Shown piece after piece: positions 36,883 to 43,912 of a stretch of DNA of 43,912 bases; the stretch's first letter is position 1, and each line of letters begins with the position of its first letter. The notes beneath the pieces are model-generated. The model saw only the letters and a program-made list of their open reading frames with translations, was not told where the DNA came from and did not search any database. The DNA lies in NCBI GenBank assembly GCA_050506795.1, contig JBJHCF010000044.1:1-43912 (forward strand). Direction: 5' to 3'. Position numbers and translations under genes: made by a program. Source of the DNA: Opitutia bacterium. Its GTDB lineage: Bacteria; Verrucomicrobiota; Verrucomicrobiia; Opitutales; T3Sed10-336.

Positions 36883-36927
36883 GGAGCCGGCGATGGGACT
36901 CGAACCCGCAACCTACTGATTACAAAT
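36883..36927 (-). other. att site: 3' half of tRNA-Thr(TGT)
   Basis: Minus strand ATTTGTAATCAGTAGGTTGCGGGTTCGAGTCCCATCGCCGGCTCC (anticodon loop to 3' end); no D-arm or 5' acceptor strand; 94 bp from the integrase start. Confidence 0.88.
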
Positions 36928-36989
36928 TTGTGTCTGTACGGTTTTACCGTGTTGTGTTAAATTGCGCTTAATCACCTAAAAACGGTTGT

Positions 36990-37078
36990 TATCAAGGTAT
37001 TAACGAAAGCGAGGCAACGACATGACACAACACGACAAAACACCGCTAAACTCAAAAAGTGGCCAAGAAGTGGCCAAG
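36990..37078 (+). promoter_or_regulatory. att arm: IHF consensus site and tandem integrase arm-type repeats
   Basis: TATCAAGGTATTA (36990-37002) matches WATCAANNNNTTR; AAGTGGCCAAG x2 in tandem (37057-37078). Confidence 0.65.
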
Positions 37079-38374
37079 CGGAGCAACCTACAGACTCGCA
37101 AACGGGCGGCATCGAAGTATTCCGCCGAGTACTGGCGGGACCGGATCGTCCGCCCGACATACTCCAAGGACGGGAAAAAGGGGCAGGTGCAGCAGTGGCA
37201 CGCCAGAATCCAGGCGGCCGGCCGTCGCCAGTGGGTGGGGCTGAACACGAACAACCGGGAGGAAGCCGCCCGCACCGCCGCCCGACTCTATGGGGAGATC
37301 ACGGCGAAGGGATGGGACGCGGCGATTGCCGCATTCAACCCCGACAAGGTGAAAAAAGCTGAGGTCGAGACCGTGGGGGAATTCCTCCGGGCGGTCGAGG
37401 AATCGGCCGACACGCTTTCACCCCGGACCCTGTACGGCTACACCAGTTCATTCCGTTGGCTGGTGGCCGCCGTCTTCGGCATCGAGGGGGACAAATCCCG
37501 ATTTGATTACCGGAAGGGCGGAAACGACCGCTGGCGGGCGAAGATCGACGGGAAAAAGCTGTCGGACCTGACCCCGCAGAAAATCGAGCATGCCCTGTCG
37601 AAATTCATCACGAAGGCGGGGGCGTCGCCCGTTGACCAGAATAAGGCGAAGCGATCCGCCGCCAGTGTCGCCCGTCAGGCGAGGGCGCTGTTCTCCCGGA
37701 AGATGCTCCGCCGGTTGCCCTTCGATCACGTGCCGAACCCGTTCCAGGGCGTCGAGATCGAGGGCGCGAAAGTCCGCAAGTACGTAGGGACCATGAACGC
37801 GGAAAAGCTGTTTGCCGATGCCAGGGGCGAACTGGACGGCGAAGCGTACAAGGCGTTTCTGCTCGCCCTGGGGACCGGACTGAGGCGCAAGGAAATCGAC
37901 AACCTGCAATGGCAGCAGATCGACGCGGAGAAGAGTGTGATCCGCATTCGGACGACCGAGGATTTCGGGGCCAAGACCGAGGACAGCGAGGACCAGGTTT
38001 TCGTCGACCCCGGCCTAGTGTCCGAACTGATGAGGTTTCGGGAAAGCGCAACGGGGCTTTTCGTCCTGGAAGGCGGGGAATCCCGGCCTAACGCGAAATA
38101 CGCATATTACCGGGCAAACGATGCGTTCAAGAGGTTTATCACGTGGCTTCGGGTCAAGGGCGTCATGGACAATAAGCCGATTCACACCTTGCGGAAGGAA
38201 TTCGGGTCCATGATCGCCGCGACCTCCGACATTCACACCGCCAGCCGCCAGCTTAGGCATTCCAACATTCAGACCGCCGCCAGCTACTACCTGGACCACC
38301 GGCGAAAGGTTTCGCCCCCGATTGGGGACTGGATGGGAAAATCCGAGGAAGCGAACACGGAGGCCGGGTCATGA
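37022..38374 (+). CDS. int: Tyrosine recombinase / phage integrase
   Basis: TGLRRKEI (Arg), GAKT (Lys), HTLR (HxxR), LRHSNIQTAASYY (His, Tyr). Confidence 0.93.
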   Translation: MTQHDKTPLNSKSGQEVAKRSNLQTRKRAASKYSAEYWRDRIVRPTYSKDGKKGQVQQWHARIQAAGRRQWVGLNTNNREEAARTAARLYGEITAKGWDAAIAAFNPDKVKKAEVETVGEFLRAVEESADTLSPRTLYGYTSSFRWLVAAVFGIEGDKSRFDYRKGGNDRWRAKIDGKKLSDLTPQKIEHALSKFITKAGASPVDQNKAKRSAASVARQARALFSRKMLRRLPFDHVPNPFQGVEIEGAKVRKYVGTMNAEKLFADARGELDGEAYKAFLLALGTGLRRKEIDNLQWQQIDAEKSVIRIRTTEDFGAKTEDSEDQVFVDPGLVSELMRFRESATGLFVLEGGESRPNAKYAYYRANDAFKRFITWLRVKGVMDNKPIHTLRKEFGSMIAATSDIHTASRQLRHSNIQTAASYYLDHRRKVSPPIGDWMGKSEEANTEAGS

Positions 38375-38982
38375 GCCAGAAATTCAAGAAAACCTTTGGC
38401 CTGACGGTCCTTCACCGGGCGTTCAGCTTTCAGGTTATGGCGATTCACGGAGAACGTGGCGAGATCGCCAAGGGGACGGGCGAGCTTGACGTTCACGTGG
38501 TGCCACTGCCGGAGGTTCCCGCGATCAAGGGCCTGGAACAATACGAGAGAGGGCCGGAGACCGCCCCGAGGGCTGAGACGAAGGCAGCTCGGGAGAGGGC
38601 CGTTTTCGGGCATTTCTTCAAGGACTCATGGAAAGCCTACCGGGCCGGCGACCGCGACACCGCCGAACGTGAATTCAAGATCGAATGGGCGGCGGTTATG
38701 GGCGGGGAGATCCCTTGGCCGGGCCTTGACCTGGATGAACTGCTAAGACGCCGTAGGGCGGCACTCAAGCGCCGTCACGATGCCTTCCGCCGTAGGTACG
38801 TGTTGACGGCTTTATGGGATGGGGTCATCAGTCACATGGACCCGGCCGAGCGCACGGAATTCATGCGGCCGCATTCAGGGCAGATCGACGAACTCGCCCG
38901 GGCCATTCACCGGGACATCGAAGACCTTGCTTTACCCCGTACCCCGGGACGGTTTTCGCTCACACTCCGCAAGTGTAAGTAA
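38371..38982 (+). CDS. Hypothetical protein of the element
   Basis: 203-aa ORF, ATGA overlap with the int stop; no recognised motif. Confidence 0.6.
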   Translation: MSQKFKKTFGLTVLHRAFSFQVMAIHGERGEIAKGTGELDVHVVPLPEVPAIKGLEQYERGPETAPRAETKAARERAVFGHFFKDSWKAYRAGDRDTAEREFKIEWAAVMGGEIPWPGLDLDELLRRRRAALKRRHDAFRRRYVLTALWDGVISHMDPAERTEFMRPHSGQIDELARAIHRDIEDLALPRTPGRFSLTLRKCK

Positions 38983-38984
38983 AC

Positions 38985-39025
38985 CGCCGATACGGTAAAA
39001 ATTCGTGTACACGAAAACGCCGATA
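38985..39025. promoter_or_regulatory. Putative operator upstream of the xis-primase-helicase operon
   Basis: Perfect palindrome TTCGTGTACACGAA (39002-39015) flanked by CGCCGATA direct repeats (38985, 39018). Confidence 0.55.
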
Positions 39026-39059
39026 GACGGGGCGACGGTTGCGCATTTGGTTCAATTCC

Positions 39060-39263
39060 ATGAGCGCAACCACCGAAACACCTTCTTTCACGCGACCGCT
39101 GACGGTCGAGGAACTGGCGGAGATCCTTCAATACAACCGCGAGTCTGTTAGGCGGGCGATCCGCCAGGGCAGAATCAAGACAATCCTGATCGGGCGATCC
39201 CATCGAATCCCGGCCGATGAGGTGGCGAGAATTCTCAACGACGGTCTTCCTTCGACCCGATGA
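39060..39263 (+). CDS. Excisionase-like HTH_17 DNA-binding protein
   Basis: LTVEELAEILQYNRESVRRAIRQGRIKTILIGRSHRIP. Confidence 0.88.
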   Translation: MSATTETPSFTRPLTVEELAEILQYNRESVRRAIRQGRIKTILIGRSHRIPADEVARILNDGLPSTR

Positions 39264-40285
39264 GCGCCCCGCCCCAAAAGGTACGGCCCGCCTCTGGTGG
39301 AAGCGAGCCGCGAAAAGAAACCAGTCAAGGGCGAACCATGACACCGACGCGGGGCGAAGTCAAGTTAGACGTGGCCCGCCTTGAGAACGTCCGCGACCGT
39401 GGCAACAAGATTGAGTCCGCTTGCCCAGCTTGTCGGGAAGAGGGCCGCGACCGTACCGGCAATCACCTCGTCATATATCAGGATGGCCGATTCGGTTGTG
39501 TCGCCAACCCGGAAGATCACGAACACCGAAAACGGATCTGGCAGCTTGCAGGCGGGGCCGGAACGAATCCGGGTGACTACTTACCCGCCGTACCGCTTCC
39601 GAAACCTCCTGAGCCTTTACAGGCGCATTCATGGCCGGATCTGGAGCCCGGGACCGATAAGGATCTGCGGCGGCTGTCGAACCTTCGGGGAATAGGCGTC
39701 GAAGGTCTACGGCTTGCCCGGGACAGGGGGATTCTTCATTTCTTCGATCACGCCATGAACGGGCGGTCCTGGGCTGTCTCTGATTCCTCGCGACACGTCC
39801 GGCAGGATCGGCGAATCGAGGGGCAACCGTTCATCCTCGCAGACAGCACACCAGCGAAATCCCGAACGATGGGCAAGCCATGCTGGCCGGTGGGCGCATC
39901 GGAGATCGAGGGATTCGAGAACGTCCTTTTCTGCGAAGGCGGACCCGACCTGCTCGCGGCCCATCACCTCATTTATTGCGATGACAGGCAGAAGGACACC
40001 GCCGCCGTTGCAATGCTGGGCGCCGGGCAGCCGATTCACCAAGACGCAATCGAGCGATTCCGGGGCACGCGTGTCCGGTTTTTCATGCACACCGACCGGG
40101 GCGGGCGCAAAGGCGTCCGGCAGTGGTGGAAGGCGGTTCAATCCGTCGCGTCGAAAGTGGATGCATACGATTTTCAGGGCCTCAAAAAACTGACCGGCGA
40201 ACCTGTAAACGACCTAAACGACTTCCTGCACGTTGACGTAGATCAGTGGGAAGAAATCGAACACGTAAGGGATCCACTTCCATGA
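39260..40285 (+). CDS. DNA primase (Zn-binding N-terminus + TOPRIM domain)
   Basis: CPAC...H...C zinc motif; VLFCEGGPDLLA, HTDRGG, NDLND. Confidence 0.8.
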   Translation: MSAPPQKVRPASGGSEPRKETSQGRTMTPTRGEVKLDVARLENVRDRGNKIESACPACREEGRDRTGNHLVIYQDGRFGCVANPEDHEHRKRIWQLAGGAGTNPGDYLPAVPLPKPPEPLQAHSWPDLEPGTDKDLRRLSNLRGIGVEGLRLARDRGILHFFDHAMNGRSWAVSDSSRHVRQDRRIEGQPFILADSTPAKSRTMGKPCWPVGASEIEGFENVLFCEGGPDLLAAHHLIYCDDRQKDTAAVAMLGAGQPIHQDAIERFRGTRVRFFMHTDRGGRKGVRQWWKAVQSVASKVDAYDFQGLKKLTGEPVNDLNDFLHVDVDQWEEIEHVRDPLP

Positions 40286-41313
40286 GCGGAATCGTTGAAG
40301 ACATTAAAGAGATCCGGGAGGACCAGGAGCAGGGCAGCAATTCCCGATTCCCGCCGATTGTGGCCTGGGACAACTTTCACGCCGAAGATTTGCCGGAACC
40401 TCCGGTCTTGATCGAGGGCGTTCTCCACCAGGGCAACAAGCTCGCCATCGGGGGCGGAAGCAAGTCCTTCAAAACTTGGACCTTGATCGACCTCGCGTTC
40501 TCCGTGGCGACCGGGACGCCGTGGCTTGGATGGAATACCGTCGCAGGCAAGGTGCTTTACCTCAACCTGGAGTTGCAGGCATTTTCCTTTCGCCGCAGAT
40601 GCGATGCAGTCCGGGGGGCGAAGGAGATCAAGGATTCCGTTCCCAACCTTCACCTATGGAATCTAAGGGGGCATGCTGCGGATATTGCAGGGCTGGTGCC
40701 CGTGTTTCTCGATCAGATGAAGGGCCAGGGGTTTGCACTGGTGATTATCGACCCGGTTTACAAGGTGCTGGGCAAGCGCAACGAATCAGCGCCGGGAGAT
40801 ATTGCCGATCTGCTCAACCACGTTGAAAAACTGGCGGTCCAGTCCGGGGCGGCGGTCGCATTCGGGGCGCACTTCAGCAAGGGAAACCAGGCGAGCAAAG
40901 ACGCTATGGACCGGATCAGTGGGGCCGGGACGTTTGCCCGCGATCCCGACGCCATTCTGACGATGACCAAACACGAGGAGGAGGCCTGTTTCACCATCGA
41001 AGCGACCCTCAGAGATTTCCCGCCGGCAGACAGTTTTGTGGTGGGATGGGATTTTCCACTGATGCGTCGTCGTGGGGAGCTGAATCCTGAAAAACTGAAG
41101 AAACCTAAGAATGGTCGTGAACGGGCGTTCGAGGTGCAAGACGCGGTGAATATCCTTCGCCACCAGGCAATGACCACCAGCGAATGGCAACGGGCCTGCA
41201 ACGATGAACTGGGTATGTCGAAAAGCGTATTCTATGACACATACAAACCGGAAGCGGTCCGTCGCGGAATGGTGCAACAAGTCACTGGGAAATGGATTCC
41301 ACAAGCGAAATAG
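40282..41313 (+). CDS. RepA/AAA_25-type replicative helicase
   Basis: Walker A GGSKSFKT, VLYLNLE, Walker B LVIIDP, HFSKG, ISGAG; ATGA overlap with the primase. Confidence 0.88.
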   Translation: MSGIVEDIKEIREDQEQGSNSRFPPIVAWDNFHAEDLPEPPVLIEGVLHQGNKLAIGGGSKSFKTWTLIDLAFSVATGTPWLGWNTVAGKVLYLNLELQAFSFRRRCDAVRGAKEIKDSVPNLHLWNLRGHAADIAGLVPVFLDQMKGQGFALVIIDPVYKVLGKRNESAPGDIADLLNHVEKLAVQSGAAVAFGAHFSKGNQASKDAMDRISGAGTFARDPDAILTMTKHEEEACFTIEATLRDFPPADSFVVGWDFPLMRRRGELNPEKLKKPKNGRERAFEVQDAVNILRHQAMTTSEWQRACNDELGMSKSVFYDTYKPEAVRRGMVQQVTGKWIPQAK

Positions 41314-41443
41314 TCCGGAAAGTCCGGGAAGTCCGGAAAACGGTTTTCGGACCTTCCGGACTGGGTTCGGTTTGGTCCGGTCCGGAATATAAAGATTCCG
41401 GACCAACCGGACCAACCGCACCGAAACCCTATTGGTCCGGAAA
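41312..41443. repeat. Iteron-like repeat cluster, putative replication origin
   Basis: AGTCCGG(A/G)A x3 in tandem (41312-41338), inverted TTCCGGACT (41354-62), GGTCCGGAAT-ATAAAG-ATTCCGGACC palindrome (41379-41404), further CCGGACCAA copies. Confidence 0.75.
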
Positions 41444-41458
41444 TGAAAGGGTAACGAC

Positions 41459-41671
41459 ATGACAGCACGACACCATAACGGCATGACCCATTCCGCATTT
41501 GAAAGAAAATGCGCCCGGTTGGAAAGCTTCGGGCAAAGACTGGAAGCCAAGCGAGCGGTTCGGTTCGCCAAACTCTGCGAGCGTTCCAAGGAGCTTGTCG
41601 CGTGGGGAATCGACCAAGGCCTTTTGCAGTATCCAACCAACCAGGACAACAACACAACGAAAGGGAACTGA
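41459..41671 (+). CDS. Small hypothetical protein
   Basis: 70-aa ORF with AAGGG upstream; its stop overlaps the next ATG. Confidence 0.5.
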   Translation: MTARHHNGMTHSAFERKCARLESFGQRLEAKRAVRFAKLCERSKELVAWGIDQGLLQYPTNQDNNTTKGN

Positions 41672-41985
41672 TGAGGAAGAACGATAGACTCGAACAAGCC
41701 GCGAACGTCATGGCCGATGCCGACAAAGCTGGCGTTAAAATCGCACTGGACCGCAACGGCGAAATCCTGTTCACCGGGGATGCGTCGCTCCGGGAGCAAT
41801 TCAAGCGCCGTATCGAGAACCGGGAGCGGGAGATTGCGACTCTGATTTTGCGTGGCGCTGTCATCTGTAGGACGAAACAGGGGCTCCTGGATATCGTCGA
41901 CGTGGGAGCGATGTTTTACGACGCCAAGGCGATCACCGATGGCGACGAAGGCAAGCGCAACACGCCACCGGGAGCGGCATCATGA
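41671..41985 (+). CDS. Hypothetical protein (104 aa)
   Basis: MRKNDRLEQ... with AAGGGA RBS and TGATG overlap; AGVKIALDRNGEILF loosely resembles TubC_N-like small domains. Confidence 0.55.
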   Translation: MRKNDRLEQAANVMADADKAGVKIALDRNGEILFTGDASLREQFKRRIENREREIATLILRGAVICRTKQGLLDIVDVGAMFYDAKAITDGDEGKRNTPPGAAS

Positions 41986-42122
41986 CCCCCCCGGGGCTTA
42001 TTGCTCCAAGCTACCTTGCGGACCTTCGATTTTAAGAGGTTCACCCCACCTGCGGGAGCAAACTGCATTCCTATCCTTTTCCGAAAATGGGCAAACAGAT
42101 ACAAACCGTATACGATAGAAAA

Positions 42123-42578
42123 ATGAGCACAAACAGAACGATAACAGTGACCGCGACCGACTTGACCCGGTGCGGATTCTCCCGGGACAGGGTGCGCGAC
42201 GCACTTCTGACCGTTCCTCCCGTCAGCACTCAGGGGCGGGTCAAATACTTCGACTTACAGCAGGCAATCGCCGCCGTCATCAACACCGGCGAATCGCCGA
42301 AGGACCGCGAGGCCCGGTTGAAAGCCGACATCATGGAGGAAAAGCTCCGTCGCATGAAAGGCGAGTCAATCGACCGTGAAACAACCATATGCGTCTGGGG
42401 CGACAAGATGGTCAGGATGCGATACGTCATTCAGGGGTGTGAATCGCTTTCCAAAAAGGACCAGGTGCGACTGGCAAACGCCATCCGGCTGGAGTGTAAC
42501 CGGATTCCCGACGAAATCGAGTCAGCCCAATTTCCAGAAGCCAACCCAGAAAATGAGGAGGATCATAACGATGAGTAA
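42123..42578 (+). CDS. Terminase small subunit-like protein (lambda Nu1 / DUF1441-like)
   Basis: N-terminal wHTH-like region (YFDLQQAIAA) then REARLKADIMEEKLRRMKGESIDRE coiled coil typical of Nu1-like TerS; start 42123 or 42087. Confidence 0.65.
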   Translation: MSTNRTITVTATDLTRCGFSRDRVRDALLTVPPVSTQGRVKYFDLQQAIAAVINTGESPKDREARLKADIMEEKLRRMKGESIDRETTICVWGDKMVRMRYVIQGCESLSKKDQVRLANAIRLECNRIPDEIESAQFPEANPENEEDHNDE

Positions 42579-42753
42579 GACCACCATGACGAAACAGCAG
42601 CAACTTGACGTTTGGCGAACCTGCACCTGCGAGGATATCGCGTTGCCGGAGCTGGAAAAAGAATGTAAGGAGATACCGAATACGGATCTTGACAATCCGC
42701 AACACGTATCCGATGTTTCAGGACATCGACACCGCCGTCGACCCGCCACATGA
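42571..42753 (+). CDS. Small hypothetical protein (60 aa)
   Basis: GAGGAGG RBS, overlaps both flanking genes. Confidence 0.5.
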   Translation: MSKTTMTKQQQLDVWRTCTCEDIALPELEKECKEIPNTDLDNPQHVSDVSGHRHRRRPAT

Positions 42754-43912
42754 AGCACAAACCTAAACACCGCCGATTCGATGTTCAGATCACGCGCTCC
42801 GACCAGGACACGCGAGAAATCGAACTCTCTTTTAGCTCCGAGTATCCTTTCGACCGTGGCGGGGACATCGGCCTTGAGGTGCTCTCCCATGACGAAGGGG
42901 CGGTCGATCTGACCCGGCTGAATAGTGGGGCTGTCGTTTTATGGGACCACAACCGCGACAAAGTTTTGGGCAGCGTCACGAAAGCCTGGGTCGACTCAAA
43001 GGACCGCCGAGGAAGGGCAAAGATTCGTTTCGGAACATCGAAGTTTGCACGTCAGATTTTCGAGGACGTCCGGGCCGGTATCATTCAGCTTGCCAGCGTG
43101 GGGTACGAGATTCTTGACGCCGTGAAAACCCGAACCGGCATCCTGGCCACAAAATGGGCCCCCCACGAAATTTCCATCGTTCCGATTCCCGTCGATCCGA
43201 CAGTGGGCATCGGACGATCCAAACCGCCATCACACAAATCACATAGGAATACTACAATGAATGACACGTTAGAACTCAAACGATTGGAGTCCATCCAAGA
43301 CGCACTTACGCTTATCAACAAGCGCAAGCTCCATATCCCGGACGACGCACTTACCCGGGCAAAATCCGAATCCTGGGACGGGAATCAACTCGCTAAATAC
43401 GTCTTGGGCAATCAACCCGATCACGGCGGAGGCCAAGACCTGAGAGCACTCGAAGAAATCCAGACCTCCAGCAAACGTGGTTTCTCGCTTTGCCGAGCAC
43501 TGGCCGGTGCCATGTCCCGCGATGGGGTCCGGGGCTTCGAGCGCGAAGTAATTGACGAATTCCAGAAACGGTCTGGCTCCCGATCCAACGACGGCGGCCT
43601 GGTGATTCCTTATAGCGCATTGAACACCCGATCCATGCTGGCCGGTGACTTTGCGGCGGGCGGAAGTTTCGTGCCGACTGAAAAGGGCAACTTGATCGAA
43701 AAGCTCGATCCCGTTCCCGTTCTCGAACGCGCTGGCGCAACCGTCATCCGTGGCCTGGGCGCACCCGTATCTTTCCCGAAACACGAAACCGGCGCGACGG
43801 TTCACTGGTTGGCTGAAGGTGCCGAGGTGCCGGAGTCGACACCCGGAACCGGCGACGTCATGGGCACTCCGCATCGGGTCTCCGCTTACACGGAGATTTC
43901 ACGGCAACTGGT
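42750..43912 (+). CDS. HK97-type prohead protease-major capsid protein fusion (3' truncated by window; absent from ORF track)
   Basis: Open frame from ATG 42750 to the window end: SFSSEYP, LWDHN, ASVGY, PHEISIVPIPVDP (protease His/Ser/Glu), then GGSFVP, FPK, WLAEG, AYTEISRQL (HK97-fold capsid). Confidence 0.88.
   Translation, partial: MKHKPKHRRFDVQITRSDQDTREIELSFSSEYPFDRGGDIGLEVLSHDEGAVDLTRLNSGAVVLWDHNRDKVLGSVTKAWVDSKDRRGRAKIRFGTSKFARQIFEDVRAGIIQLASVGYEILDAVKTRTGILATKWAPHEISIVPIPVDPTVGIGRSKPPSHKSHRNTTMNDTLELKRLESIQDALTLINKRKLHIPDDALTRAKSESWDGNQLAKYVLGNQPDHGGGQDLRALEEIQTSSKRGFSLCRALAGAMSRDGVRGFEREVIDEFQKRSGSRSNDGGLVIPYSALNTRSMLAGDFAAGGSFVPTEKGNLIEKLDPVPVLERAGATVIRGLGAPVSFPKHETGATVHWLAEGAEVPESTPGTGDVMGTPHRVSAYTEISRQL

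Larger units (their letters stand above)
36883..43912. mobile_element. Integrated PICI-like phage satellite (left end; truncated by the window)
   Basis: att fragment, tyrosine integrase, Xis, primase, helicase, repeat origin, TerS and capsid, all co-oriented on + with several ATGA overlaps. Confidence 0.85.

Noticed and set aside
36883..36927. Complete tRNA-Thr gene
   Set aside because: Only anticodon loop to 3' end is present; no D-arm or 5' acceptor strand, and it ends CCT rather than CCA
41312..41443. CRISPR array
   Set aside because: Repeats are 6-10 bp in both orientations with no unique spacers, and no cas genes are present

Overview
GC-rich bacterial chromosomal window, most likely Verrucomicrobiota (Opitutia-like). 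The taxon is inferred from the prepilin/H-X9-DG proteins, a PEP-CTERM protein, the Opitutales-type LacI regulator and secreted proteins ending in F(L/F)R(V/L). Left to right: (1) two pseudopilin + large secreted protein pairs around housekeeping genes (FAD oxidoreductase, tRNA-Pro(CGG), rsmD, nadC) and LacI/AraC regulators; (2) a sigma54-promoter operon (helical periplasmic protein, PQQ-type beta-propeller, outer-membrane barrel, histidine kinase), its likely NtrC-type activator and an intervening PEP-CTERM serine protease; (3) a lasso-peptide-like mini-locus (ABC exporter, PqqD/RRE, 57-aa precursor, HPr-kinase-like kinase) with no cyclase or leader peptidase in the window, whose core is a tandem 12-aa repeat lacking the canonical Asp/Glu7-9 acceptor; (4) glmS and an exopolysaccharide export locus (OM barrel, Wza, Wzc, Wzy_C protein) with a PAS kinase / two NarL / REC regulator block; (5) from a tRNA-Thr(TGT) 3' fragment (att site) to the window end, a compact PICI-like phage satellite (integrase, Xis, primase, helicase, iteron origin, Nu1-like TerS and a prohead protease-major capsid fusion that the ORF track misses). 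All family calls are from motif recognition by eye; no database searches were run.
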